Positions 9,725-19,663 of a stretch of DNA of 64,000 nucleotides are shown here, piece after piece. The notes below the pieces were generated by a model. It was not told the origin of the DNA, made no database searches, and saw nothing but the letters and a program-made list of their open reading frames with translations. Every line of letters starts with the position of its first letter. Within the stretch, counting starts at the first letter, position 1. Source of the DNA: an uncultured delta proteobacterium. GTDB lineage: Bacteria > Desulfobacterota > Binatia > UBA9968. Where the stretch lies: NCBI GenBank assembly GCA_963727625.1, contig CAVSHR010000005.1:896001-960000 (forward strand), given 5' to 3'. The translations under genes and the position numbers were made by a program.

Positions 9725-10783
9725 CTATTCTTCCACCACCGATATATCCGACTTCACGCCCTTGCGCTTCAACTCTTCCAAAAACATCCGATGAATCTCC
9801 GGCGGTTCCTCCTCGAAGGGGATCATCTCGTGCAGCTTGGTGCGAAAACGGTCCTGGCTGAATTTCGGACTGCGCCCGCGCATGGCGAAGTGGCGCAAAA
9901 CGCCGTGGCCGGTGTTGAAGTGCCCGTGGTACATCAAATCGCCCGGCGAATAGATCGAACCCGATTTGATCTCGAAGCGCGTGCGCTCTTCGCCCTCGCG
10001 CCAGACCATGGCAAAGCCTTCGCCTTTGGTGACGCACACGATGGCGCCCGGGCCGTGACGGTGAAAAGTGCTGCGGCTCCCCGCGGGGAACTCCTGGACG
10101 TGGCAGCCGTAGGTCGTTCCGGCGATGCCGAAGCGCATGATCTTCACGCCCTTGCCTTTCATCGGATAATCGTCGAGTGGAAATTCGTTGACGTCGGGAA
10201 CGAGATTGGACTCCCACGAGCGTGTCGTGAGTTTTTTGTTCTCGTTAAAAAACTCCCGGTCGGGACGGAAGCGGTCGCGAAACTGAAACGGATTGCGGAA
10301 AATAAAGTCTTCGTTATGAAATAAATTGATCACGTGCGGCGCGTTGGTGCCGGCGAGAAAGCGCACCGGCTCATTGGACGCGTTGAAGTGCTGGTACGAA
10401 ACATTGAGCGGAATCGCGAAAAGCGCCCCCGCGCTCCATTCGAAGGTCTGCTTGGCATCCCCTTCGAACCACACCGTGGTCGCACCGCGCCCTTTGTGAA
10501 TGTAAATGAGCGTTTCGAACATGTGGTGCTGCGGCTCGGTCTGCTTACCGGCGGGAATCTCACAAATATAAGCGTCGTGCTCCTGCTGCTCGCCCATGTT
10601 GAGATAAGACCCGAGCGCGCCCATGCGCGCCCAGGGCCTCACTTCGACGTCCATCAGATCTTCGATGAAGAAGCCCGTAACGGAAGGAATGCCTTCTTTC
10701 GCTTGAAACGCTTCGTACGGTGTCGGACCCAACTGAATCGGATCCCGATGCGGCAATCTCACGGCTTTAACTCTCCTCGTCAC
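9725..10783 (-). CDS. Bicupin protein (gentisate 1,2-dioxygenase-like)
   Basis: Two cupin modules: QHHMFE...YQHFN and FHRHGPG...YHGHFN. Confidence 0.8.
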   Translation of the reverse strand: MTRRVKAVRLPHRDPIQLGPTPYEAFQAKEGIPSVTGFFIEDLMDVEVRPWARMGALGSYLNMGEQQEHDAYICEIPAGKQTEPQHHMFETLIYIHKGRGATTVWFEGDAKQTFEWSAGALFAIPLNVSYQHFNASNEPVRFLAGTNAPHVINLFHNEDFIFRNPFQFRDRFRPDREFFNENKKLTTRSWESNLVPDVNEFPLDDYPMKGKGVKIMRFGIAGTTYGCHVQEFPAGSRSTFHRHGPGAIVCVTKGEGFAMVWREGEERTRFEIKSGSIYSPGDLMYHGHFNTGHGVLRHFAMRGRSPKFSQDRFRTKLHEMIPFEEEPPEIHRMFLEELKRKGVKSDISVVEE

Positions 10784-10997
10784 GTCAAATGATCTGCTTT
10801 AAGCTGGGCAACAGCGAATCTATTCTTGAGAGAATAAAACTGCAAGACGAGTTTAGTTAAGGCATCAACGAATATTCAGCGCTTCTAACGATGGTTCCAG
10901 GCTTCCTACCGCGCCATTTTTTCTCTATCAGAGGATGGGTTCGCCACTGAAGCTATCGAGTAAGATTTCAATGTCCCCGGGCGGGGAAAATCGCGAT

Positions 10998-11396
10998 TCA
11001 ACTTGCCGGAAAGTAATCAACCATGATCTGCGGCACTTTCCGATAATGCTCGTCCGTGGACACGACGCGCAAGCCGTATTCCATTGCGCTCGCTGCGATC
11101 CAAATATCGTTGGTCGGTATCGGCGTGCCCGCGTGCCAAAGGGAATTTAGGATGACCCCATATCTTTCGGCAGTTTCCTCGGTAACTTCAAGGACCCCAA
11201 CGCGAGGCGAGGCTAGAAATCGGTGCAGCTCGTCTTCATTCTTACGCCTTCGATTTCCTCGAATAAAACCCGCGAAGAGTTCACCGATAACCACGGAATT
11301 TAAAAAAATTTCTTCATTCGCTCTGATGGCTGCGCAAATGTCGGCGTGCCTCCGCATGAATGCTGAATATGCTGAAGTATCTAACAAGACGCGCAC
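10998..11396 (-). CDS. vapC: Type II TA toxin, VapC/PIN-domain ribonuclease
   Basis: LLDTSAY, GEL, PTNDIWIAASA, STDEHY acidic PIN residues. Confidence 0.92.
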   Translation of the reverse strand: MRVLLDTSAYSAFMRRHADICAAIRANEEIFLNSVVIGELFAGFIRGNRRRKNEDELHRFLASPRVGVLEVTEETAERYGVILNSLWHAGTPIPTNDIWIAASAMEYGLRVVSTDEHYRKVPQIMVDYFPAS

Positions 11397-11399
11397 TAT

Positions 11400-11663
11400 C
11401 TATTTCCACAATTCGGGATCGATGGATCGTTGAGCGGTTAAAGCCTTATCGAACGCGGCAGCCTCTTTTTTCGTCCATGACCCAGCCAGAGCATCGAGAT
11501 CATCGTGCCCCTTTGTTCTAACCCGCTTCTTTTTGTGGCCCTCGGCCTTACGCTCCAACAAGCTGATCACCGCTTTGTTAATGCTCGTGCGTTGGCGGTC
11601 CGCTTCTTTGCGCACGACCTTTTCAATCTCCGGGGGCAAGTTTCTTAATGTGATCGCCTTCAT
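11400..11663 (-). CDS. Ribbon-helix-helix antitoxin (VapB/FitA-like)
   Basis: MKAITLRNLPPE...SINKAVISLL; HDDLDALAGSW; directly upstream of vapC. Confidence 0.85.
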   Translation of the reverse strand: MKAITLRNLPPEIEKVVRKEADRQRTSINKAVISLLERKAEGHKKKRVRTKGHDDLDALAGSWTKKEAAAFDKALTAQRSIDPELWK

Positions 11664-11862
11664 ATTCACCTCGCCATAGTGCATCACCGGTGCGCCATAA
11701 TGATGCATCCTAGCACGATGGATTGGCCGGAGCCAAATACGACAGCCCAGGAATTGAATTTTACAAACCGATTATGCCAGCGGCCCTTGCCATCGACACG
11801 CCACTTGGGCTAAGACAGAAACGAATTCCGACGCAAAAAAATTCAAGCAAGAGGCGGGAACC

Positions 11863-12732
11863 ATGGATTATTTCGAACCTAAAACGGTCAGCGAAGCGCT
11901 TTCCGTGCTCGCCAAGCACGGCGCAGCAGCCAAGGTCATCGCCGGCGGCACCGACGTGATGGTCGATGTCAAATTCAAGGAAGAGCCGGGCGGCCTGGTG
12001 AACATCAAAAAAATCCCCGGCCTGAGCGGCATCAAAGAAAACGGCAACGGCCTGCGCATCGGCGCCCTCACAACGATCCGTGATGTTGAAAGCAACGCTC
12101 TGGTACGCGACAAACTGCCGGTGCTCTGGGAAGCGGCCCATCAATTCGCCTCGCTGCAAGTGCGCAACACCGCAACCATCGGCGGCAACATCTGCCGGGC
12201 CTCGCCCTCGGGCGAAACTCTGGCGCCGCTGCTGGTGCTCGATGCCAAAGCGGTCCTCGCCTTCGCCGACGGCGAAAAAACCGTCCCGTTCACGTCGTTC
12301 TTTCAGGGGCCTGGCAAGAGTAGCGCGGGCGCCAATGGCTTGCTGACCGAAATCGACATCCCCTATCCCGCGGCCGGCAGCAAGGGCGTGTATCTGAAAC
12401 ACGCCGTGCGCGGCGCCATGGACATCGCCATGGTCGGCGTCGCCGTCTTGCTGACGCCGGATGCAGGAAAAAATAACATCCAAGAGGCGCGCATCGGCCT
12501 GGGCGCGGTAGCGCCGACGCCGATTCGGGCGCCGAAAACCGAAGCGTTATTGCGCGGCAAGCCACTGACGGCGGCGCTCTTGAAAGAAGCGGCATCATTG
12601 GCCGCGACCGAAGCCGCACCCATCAGCGATCAGCGCAGCAGCGCCGAGAATCGCCGCTGGATTGTCGAAGCGTTGACCCGCCGCGGATTGCAACAAACCT
12701 GGAAAGCCGCCACCGGCAAGGAGGTAGCGTAA
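11863..12732 (+). CDS. Xanthine dehydrogenase/CoxM-family FAD-binding subunit
   Basis: AGGTD, QVRNTATIGGN, GAVAPTPIR; stop overlaps the next start. Confidence 0.93.
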   Translation: MDYFEPKTVSEALSVLAKHGAAAKVIAGGTDVMVDVKFKEEPGGLVNIKKIPGLSGIKENGNGLRIGALTTIRDVESNALVRDKLPVLWEAAHQFASLQVRNTATIGGNICRASPSGETLAPLLVLDAKAVLAFADGEKTVPFTSFFQGPGKSSAGANGLLTEIDIPYPAAGSKGVYLKHAVRGAMDIAMVGVAVLLTPDAGKNNIQEARIGLGAVAPTPIRAPKTEALLRGKPLTAALLKEAASLAATEAAPISDQRSSAENRRWIVEALTRRGLQQTWKAATGKEVA

Positions 12733-13208
12733 TGAGCATTACGATCAATACGAAAATCAATGGCCAGTCGGTCAGCGCCAGCGCGGAACCGTCGACCTCG
12801 CTGTTGGAATTTCTCCGCGACACCTTGGAAATGAAAGGCAGCAAACTTTGCTGCAACACCGGCGAGTGCGGCGCCTGCACGGTGATTTACAACGGCAAAC
12901 CGATCAACTCTTGCGTCACCATGGCCGCTGACGCCAACGGTGCCGAGATCACGACCATCGAAGGTCTTGCCGACGGCGATAAATTGCATCCCGTGCAGCA
13001 GGCGTTCATCGACACCGGCGCGGTGCAGTGCGGTTACTGCACGCCGGGCTACATCATGTCGGTCAAAGCGCTGCTCGACCGCACCACCAAACCGACGGCC
13101 GAAGACATCGAGGAAGCGGTCTCCGGTAATATCTGCCGCTGCACCGGGTACAATAAGATCGTCGACGCGATCCATCTCGCCGCCGACCGCATCGCAGGGA
13201 GGGCTTAA
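12732..13208 (+). CDS. CoxS-family 2x[2Fe-2S] subunit
   Basis: CxxGECGAC, QCGYCTPG, NICRCTGY. Confidence 0.95.
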   Translation: MSITINTKINGQSVSASAEPSTSLLEFLRDTLEMKGSKLCCNTGECGACTVIYNGKPINSCVTMAADANGAEITTIEGLADGDKLHPVQQAFIDTGAVQCGYCTPGYIMSVKALLDRTTKPTAEDIEEAVSGNICRCTGYNKIVDAIHLAADRIAGRA

Positions 13209-13211
13209 GTC

Positions 13212-15521
13212 ATGGCCAAAGCTGAATTTAAAGTCGTCGGCACCAGCCCGAATCGAATGGGCGGCGTCGATCGCGTTGTCGGCAAAGGCGTTTATGGCAT
13301 CGATCTGATGCTCAAAGACCAACTGCACGGCGCCATTCTGCGCAGCCAATACGCCCACGCCAAGATCGTCAGCATCGACACCGGCGCAGCCAAAGCAATG
13401 CCGGGCGTGCACGCCGTCGTAACCGCCGCGGATGCGCCGAACGTGCGTTACGGCCGTAGTTATATCGACCGTTACATTCTGGCGCGTGACAAAGTGCGTT
13501 TCATGGGCGACCCGGTCGCCGCCGTCGCCGCCGATACTCCGGCGATCGCCAAGCAAGCGCTGAAGAAAATCAAAGTCGTCTACGAGCCGCTGCCGGTGGT
13601 CATCGACCCGGAAGAAGCGATGAAGCCGGAGGCGCCGACGCTGCACGAAGACATGCCGCTGCCGAAAAACTTGCCCGAAGGCGTCAAAGTCAAAAACGTC
13701 TGCGGCTTCGCCGCGGTTCGTGTCGGCGATGCCGAGAAAGCGATGGCCGAAGCCGATGTTGTGGTCGAAGAAGTTTATGAAACCAAGATGATCCATCCGC
13801 AGTATCTCGAGCCGCGCATGGCCGCTGCCCAGGTGGAACCGAACGGCCGGCTCACCGTCTGGGCCAACGCCCAAGCACCCTTTCCGGTGCGTCAAGAGGT
13901 CGCCAAAATGCTCGGCCTGCACCTCAATAACGTGCGGGTGATTGCCGCCGAGTTGGGCGGCGGCTTTGGCGGCAAGGGCAGCGGCATCACCTCGGGCGCG
14001 GCCGTCGAGCCGATCTGCGGGCTGTTGGCGATGAAGGCCAAGCGGCCGGTGATGATCGTTCTCGACAAGGCCGAAGAAACCATCTCGACGACGATTCGCG
14101 CCGGCGCCAAGATGTACATCAAGACCGGCGTGAAAAAAGACGGCACCATCGTCGCTCGCACCGGCAAGGTGATTTACGACGCTGGCGGTTATTCCGGCTT
14201 CGGCGTCCAGGCCGGCGGGCGTTGCACCAACATGCTCGGCGGCTGGTACTTGATGCCCAATTGCCATATCGACGGCTATACCGTTTACACCAACAAGCAG
14301 GTCTGCGGCCCGGTGCGCGGCCCCGGCGGCCCGCAGGCGGCGTTCGCCGTCGAGTCGCACATGGACTCCATCGCGGCCAAGCTCGGCATGGACCCCGTCG
14401 AGTTTCGTTTGAAGAATACGCCCAAAGCCGGCGACAGAATCGTCGGCGTGCCCAAGCTGCGCGATGTGTCGCTCGGCGAGGCGATCAAAACCGCCGCGGA
14501 GAAAATCGGATTCAAACAGGTAGGGGCGCAATTTATTGCGCCCACTCTCGGTAAGAACCAGGGCATCGGCCTCGCCACCGGCTCATGGATCGAAAGCGCC
14601 GGGCCCGGCGGCGGCGCCATCGTGAAAGTCAACGAGGACGGCTCGGTGACGGTGCACATCGGCAAGATCGACATGGGCACTATCCCCGGGTTCGGTATTC
14701 CAATGATTGTCGCCGAAGAGCTCGGCATTCCAGTGAGCGATGTCACCGTGGTCAATGTCGACACCGACGCCAGCCCGTGGGACGCAGGCACGGTCGGCAG
14801 CCGGGGCATCCTGGTTTCCGGCACCGCATCCCGGCTCGCAGCCATCGACGCGCGCAACCAGTTGTTTAAAATGGCCGCCAGCCGGCTCGAAGCGAGCCCG
14901 GAGGATTTGGAGATCGTCGACAGACAGATCCAGGTGAAAGGCACGCCGGCAAAGTCGGTGCCGCTGGCGACTATCGCGACGGCTGCGCATAACATCATCG
15001 GCGAAGTGATCGGCCGCGGCTACTGCGACAACCTGGAACTGATGGCCCAAGAAAAAGCCCACGGCAGCTCGCAGCCGTTTACCGCGCACGCCTGCATCGT
15101 CGAAGTGAGCCCTGACACCGGCAACGTGAAGATTCTGAAATACGTCGCCGTGCACGACATCGGCCAGCCGATCCACAGAGCCGCCGTCGAAGGCCAGATC
15201 GAAGGCGCCACCGCGATGAGCATCGGCCAGGCGCTCTGCGAACAAGTCGTCTTCGACAAGGACGGCCGAACCATGAACCCAAGCTTTGTCGATTATTTGA
15301 TGCCGACTATCAACATGATGCCGCGCATCGAGACGACGCTCGTCTCCGGCTACCCCGGCGCCGGCCCCTACGGCGCCAAAGGCGCCGGCGAAATCGCCTG
15401 CGTCCCGCCCATGGCCTGCATCGCCAACGCGATCTTCAACGCCACCGGCGTGCGCATCAACAAACTGCCATTGAGCCCGGAGAACGTGCTGCGAGGATTG
15501 AAGGAGGCGGGGAAGGCGTAA
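13212..15521 (+). CDS. Xanthine dehydrogenase-family molybdopterin-binding subunit (not a CO dehydrogenase)
   Basis: GGGFGGK, RGPGG, GQIEG, GAKGAGE; lacks the AYxCSFR/AYRGAGR CODH loops. Confidence 0.92.
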   Translation: MAKAEFKVVGTSPNRMGGVDRVVGKGVYGIDLMLKDQLHGAILRSQYAHAKIVSIDTGAAKAMPGVHAVVTAADAPNVRYGRSYIDRYILARDKVRFMGDPVAAVAADTPAIAKQALKKIKVVYEPLPVVIDPEEAMKPEAPTLHEDMPLPKNLPEGVKVKNVCGFAAVRVGDAEKAMAEADVVVEEVYETKMIHPQYLEPRMAAAQVEPNGRLTVWANAQAPFPVRQEVAKMLGLHLNNVRVIAAELGGGFGGKGSGITSGAAVEPICGLLAMKAKRPVMIVLDKAEETISTTIRAGAKMYIKTGVKKDGTIVARTGKVIYDAGGYSGFGVQAGGRCTNMLGGWYLMPNCHIDGYTVYTNKQVCGPVRGPGGPQAAFAVESHMDSIAAKLGMDPVEFRLKNTPKAGDRIVGVPKLRDVSLGEAIKTAAEKIGFKQVGAQFIAPTLGKNQGIGLATGSWIESAGPGGGAIVKVNEDGSVTVHIGKIDMGTIPGFGIPMIVAEELGIPVSDVTVVNVDTDASPWDAGTVGSRGILVSGTASRLAAIDARNQLFKMAASRLEASPEDLEIVDRQIQVKGTPAKSVPLATIATAAHNIIGEVIGRGYCDNLELMAQEKAHGSSQPFTAHACIVEVSPDTGNVKILKYVAVHDIGQPIHRAAVEGQIEGATAMSIGQALCEQVVFDKDGRTMNPSFVDYLMPTINMMPRIETTLVSGYPGAGPYGAKGAGEIACVPPMACIANAIFNATGVRINKLPLSPENVLRGLKEAGKA
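14520..14543 (+). repeat. GTAG-type REP palindrome inside the coding sequence
   Basis: GTAG GGGCGCAAT TT ATTGCGCCC hairpin. Confidence 0.7.
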
Positions 15522-15549
15522 CAACAGTTTAAAAAAGATGTTCGTAAGT

Positions 15550-15576
15550 TAGGGGCGGGTTTCAAACCTGCCCCTA
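15550..15576. repeat. GTAG-type REP palindrome, possibly also a terminator
   Basis: TAGGGGCGGGTTTCAAACCTGCCCCTA just downstream of the Mo subunit. Confidence 0.7.
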
Positions 15577-15620
15577 TTTATTTTCGAATCTCGTCGCGAC
15601 AGTGCCGGAGCCATCGCATC

Positions 15621-15881
15621 ATGCCTACAATTAGCGTATTCTTCGGTATAATCATTCGCATGTTTTACCGCGATCATAATCCACCTCATTTTCATGCAGA
15701 GTATCAGGGACAAAATGCTACGTTTGATTTCGATGGCAAGCTCCTCGAAGGTGAAATTGATTCCCGAACCGCCAAATCACTTATCAGAAAATGGGCAAGG
15801 CTACACAAATCTGAGCTCAACGAAAATTGGCAGAAAATGCGTCAGAGGAAAGAATTCACGAGAATTGAACCTTTGAAATAG
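15621..15881 (+). CDS. DUF4160 family protein
   Basis: MPTISVFFGIIIRMFYRDHNPPHFHAEY signature. Confidence 0.9.
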   Translation: MPTISVFFGIIIRMFYRDHNPPHFHAEYQGQNATFDFDGKLLEGEIDSRTAKSLIRKWARLHKSELNENWQKMRQRKEFTRIEPLK

Positions 15882-15889
15882 GAGTTGCA

Positions 15890-16159
15890 ATGCTGCCTTC
15901 AGTTACAAGGGCTAAGTACGTTAGAGACTTTCTGATCGAGGTTAAGTTTAACGACGGCACGAAAAAAGTGATTGATTTTGCACCCTGGCTCACGGGTCCA
16001 ATTTTCAGACCTTTAAAGAGTAAAGACTATTTCAAGAAATTCTTCGTTGACGGCCCTACCATCGCCTGGCCGAACGGGGCCGACATCGCGCCGGAAACTC
16101 TTTATGAAGCGGAGGCCGTAAAAAGAGCCAGTGAATCAAAACTCCGACATGCGGGTTAG
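15890..16159 (+). CDS. DUF2442 family protein
   Basis: FNDG...GPIFRPL...F...TIAWPNGADIAPETLY; usual partner of DUF4160. Confidence 0.9.
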   Translation: MLPSVTRAKYVRDFLIEVKFNDGTKKVIDFAPWLTGPIFRPLKSKDYFKKFFVDGPTIAWPNGADIAPETLYEAEAVKRASESKLRHAG

Positions 16160-16326
16160 GCGAAAACACGCATCTATTCAGTAATCCGGACCCTGGGAGA
16201 GTTCCCCCAAAACGGTCCCCATTCCGTTACCGGAACTCGGAATTGATCAACCTGATCAGCTACATCCCCGCGGCTCCTTATAACGGTACTTCAAGCGGGG
16301 GCGCTGTGGTTGGGAATAGCGCGGAC

Positions 16327-17418
16327 TCACACGCTGAACTGTGCGATCAGTTCGTCTTCCGGGTCCGCGCCGAGACCCGGGCCTTGCGGAACTTCGACGC
16401 CGCCGTTGACGATAGGCACAGTCCTCGCGAACGGAGTCGCGCCGAACTCGGCGAACATCCGCTCGAGCGGACAATCTTTCTCCTTCGCCGCCATGCAGTG
16501 CAACACCGCGAGAAAGGCCGGTCCGATATAAAAGGCGTTGGGCACGCAGACGGCGCCTGCTTCCTCGACCTCGGCGGCCACTTTTGCCATGGCGGTGATG
16601 CCGAGTTTCACCATGGCGGGCTGAATAAAATCTGCCTTGCCGAGGGTGACCATCCTGCGAAAATCGCGCAGGCTGGTGGCATTCTCGCCGATCCCCACGG
16701 GTACGCCGGTCATCGCGCGCAGCTTGGCGAGCGCCTCGAAGTCCTCGGGAGGATAGATCGGCTCCTCGACCCAATATGGCTTGTACGGCGCCATCGCCGC
16801 CACCGCCGCCTCGGCTTCGGCCGGTGTCCAAGCGCAGTTTGTATCCACCATCAAAGGAATGTCCGGGCCCAAAACATCGCGCGCTGCGCCGACCGCCGCG
16901 GGCGTGCGCTCATGCAGCTTAACGTAACGATAGCCGCGTTCGAGAGCGCGGGCGGTGTTGCGCTTGATGTATTCAGGGTTGCCGGAATATTGCAGCAACG
17001 AAGCATAGCATTCGACGCGAGTTCGCCTGGCGCCGCCCAAAAGCTTCGATACCGGAACACCGGCAAGCTTCCCGCGAATGTCCCAGAGCGCGATGTCGAG
17101 TCCCGCGAGCGCGTGGGCCAGCGGACCCGAGCGACTCAATGAGAGCAGCATGCGTTCGATGCGCGGGATAAGTGCCTCGTCCGAGACGCTTTGTCCAACG
17201 GCGAGTCGCCTGACCCAGTTCTCGAACGCGGCGACGACCATGGGACGGGCCGTGCCGAACGACTCACCCCAGCCGACCACCCCGCTGCTGGTCGTCACGC
17301 GCACATAAAGGCTTTCCACATGCGTGCGCGGCGCTCCTTGAGACATCGGCGGCGGTGCCCAGATGTCCAACGGAATGCGCAGGGTGATCGTGTCGATCGC
17401 TGAGATGGTTTGGTCCAT
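16327..17418 (-). CDS. Mandelate racemase/muconate lactonizing enzyme family protein
   Basis: GWGE, DIALWDIRGK, LMVDTN, WVEEP, GEN. Confidence 0.9.
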   Translation of the reverse strand: MDQTISAIDTITLRIPLDIWAPPPMSQGAPRTHVESLYVRVTTSSGVVGWGESFGTARPMVVAAFENWVRRLAVGQSVSDEALIPRIERMLLSLSRSGPLAHALAGLDIALWDIRGKLAGVPVSKLLGGARRTRVECYASLLQYSGNPEYIKRNTARALERGYRYVKLHERTPAAVGAARDVLGPDIPLMVDTNCAWTPAEAEAAVAAMAPYKPYWVEEPIYPPEDFEALAKLRAMTGVPVGIGENATSLRDFRRMVTLGKADFIQPAMVKLGITAMAKVAAEVEEAGAVCVPNAFYIGPAFLAVLHCMAAKEKDCPLERMFAEFGATPFARTVPIVNGGVEVPQGPGLGADPEDELIAQFSV

Positions 17419-17534
17419 GTTCCTGTCATTCAGAGCAGGAATTCCTGAAAATGTCGAGCCGCATCACACCCCGGCAGCGCGGAATTGACACCCTGGAGAC
17501 CGGCGTAATATACCCGGCTAAGGAGGTAACGCCC

Positions 17535-19012
17535 ATGTCAGCAAACGGTTCCAAGTCGGCAAAAGTCCGCGCCCAAGCTGAATCACCCGATCATCGACAC
17601 CGACGGCCACACCGTCGAATTCATGCCGGTGTTTTTCGACTACATCAAGGAAGTCGGCGGCGCGGGCATGATCGAGCGCTACAAGAAAGCCGTCGCCAGC
17701 CGCTCTAACAACCGCTGGATGGAGCTATCCGAGGAAGAGCGGCACTACACGCGCGCGACCTGCCCGCCCTGGTGGGCGCGGCCGGCGAAAAATACGCTGG
17801 ATCGAGCGACCGCATCGCTGCCGCACCTGCTGTACCAGCGCATGGACGAGCTTGGGCCTGGATTTCGCGGTGCTCTACCCCACCTTCGGCTTGACCGAAC
17901 CGCCGCGCATCGACGAGGAAGAAGTGCGCCGCGCCGCCTGCCGCGCGCTCAACACCTTTCATATGGATATTTACGGTCCCTATGCCGACCGCATGACGCC
18001 CGTCGCCGTCATCCCCGTCCACACGCCGCAGGAAGCCATAGATGAATTGGAGTACGCGGTCAAAAGCCAGGGCTTCAAAGCAGCGGTGATTTCCCACGTG
18101 CAGCGGCCCGTGCCGAAAATATTGAAGGAACATCCCGAGGCGGCCGGTCAAACGACTTTCATCGATCTGCTGGCGTTGGACAGCGAATACGACTACGACC
18201 CGTTCTGGGCCAAGTGCGTCGAGCTGAAAGTCGCCGTGACATCCCACGCCACCGGACAAGGCTGGGGCAGCCGCCGTTCGGTCTCCAACTACATGTTCAA
18301 TCACATCGGCCACTTCGGCGCCGCGGGCGAGGCTTTCTGTAAAGCGTTATTCTTCGGCGGCGTCACGCGCCGCTTCCCCGATTTGCATTTCGCTTTCCTC
18401 GAGGGCGGCGTGCATTGGGCCTGCGGGGTTTTCTCCGACATCGTCGGCCATTGGAAGAAGCGCAACGCCAAAGCGATCCACAATCTCGACCCGCAGAGTC
18501 TGGACGGCGCACTCATGCGCAAACTCATCGACGAGCACGGCACTGGCAGAATGAAGGGCAAAGCCGATGAAATCGTCAAGTGGGTCACCCAGCCGCAGCG
18601 CCGTCCGAAAAATCTCGATGACTGGGCCGCCTGCCGCGCCGAGAAGCTGGAAGATTTGCGCGATCTCTTCATTCCGAATTTCTATTACGGCTGCGAGGCC
18701 GACGATCCCATGGTCGCGTGGGCGTTTAATTCAAAAGTGAATCCCATGGGCGTGAAGTTCAAAGCGATGATGAGCTCGGATATCGGACACTGGGACGTGA
18801 CCGACATGAACGAGGTGGTCGAGGAGGCTCACGAATTGGTCGACGACGGTTTGATCACCGAAGAAGATTTTCACGACTATACTTTTGCCAATGCGGCTAC
18901 GCTCTACGCCGGCATGAATCCCGATTTTTTCAAAGGCACGGTCTGCGAGGCCGCCGTGGCGAAATTGCTACAGAGCGCCTCGCTGGATGCAAAGGAGGCG
19001 GTTTTGGTATGA
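17535..19012 (+). pseudogene. Amidohydrolase_2 family protein split by two +1 frameshifts (pseudogene or sequencing error)
   Basis: RBS AAGGAGG before ATG 17535; removing one base near 17572 and one near 17855 gives MSANGSKSAKVRAKLNHPIIDTDGH...MDELGLDFAVLYPT...FLEGG...SSDIGHWD. Confidence 0.85.
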
Positions 19013-19110
19013 CAGCGAAACGATTCACCGCCATCCTGCTTTTCCTCTTCGGCGTCATGGCTCCATTCGCCCATACGCAAAAACCCCGGAAGACTTGCTC
19101 GAAGAGACCG

Positions 19111-19132
19111 GAAAAGGGGACACGAGCCTTTT
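19111..19132 (+). repeat. RAYT-associated REP-like motif GAAAAGGGGACnCGAnCCTTTT
   Basis: Copies at 19111-19132, 19664-19685, 20059-20080 (reverse) and 26915-26936. Confidence 0.75.
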
Positions 19133-19244
19133 TATGTTTTCGAATCATGGTGATTCATTTCAAAACACAGTCAGCGGGATCTAAACATAAAATATTCCAT
19201 TTAACGACCTTCGATAAGGCAGCATGAACATAAAAGGGCAAACC

Positions 19245-19637
19245 ATGAAGCTTAAACATATATTATTGTCGTTCTTATTGACTGGATGCGCGGTGGGCGC
19301 AATAGACAGGATTCAGAGAGCTTCACAGATTCCTCCTCGTCAATTGACTGTTAATGAGCAACAGATTATTGAAGAGGCTGTTAGTAGATCTCTGATCGAT
19401 CCGTACTCTGCTGCATTCGGACATATGCCACTCCGATCAAAGGAAGGGTATTGTGGAGTCGTCAATGCCAAGAATCGCATGGGAGGGTACGCAGGAAAGG
19501 CATTCTTTCTAGTTAAACCAGTCTGGAATGAAGACGTAATGCGTGGTGCTGTTCTGATAGGTATTGATCGAGGTGGCGACGCTGGTGCCATTGGAATTAT
19601 GTGCGTCAAGATGGGATTACTTCCAGAGGGTAAATGA
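19245..19637 (+). CDS. Hypothetical lipoprotein
   Basis: MKLKHILLSFLLTG-C lipobox; L.DP.SA.F and YCGVVNAKNRMGGYAG motif; lower GC than flanks. Confidence 0.75.
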   Translation: MKLKHILLSFLLTGCAVGAIDRIQRASQIPPRQLTVNEQQIIEEAVSRSLIDPYSAAFGHMPLRSKEGYCGVVNAKNRMGGYAGKAFFLVKPVWNEDVMRGAVLIGIDRGGDAGAIGIMCVKMGLLPEGK

Positions 19638-19663
19638 TTTCGGCGGCTCGTTCGGGGGAAAAG

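Noticed and set aside
11863-15521. Aerobic CO dehydrogenase (coxMSL)
   Set aside because: Gene order fits, but the large subunit has GPVRGPGG rather than AYxCSFR (form I) or AYRGAGR (form II)
12630-15524. Long antisense ORFs (633 aa and 313 aa) and similar shadow ORFs across the window
   Set aside because: They overlap well-supported genes on the opposite strand, are expected from high-GC codon bias, and show no motifs
19009-19227. 72-aa ORF after the amidohydrolase
   Set aside because: A signal-peptide-like start runs into the REP-like motif; probably a truncated remnant that cannot be supported as a gene
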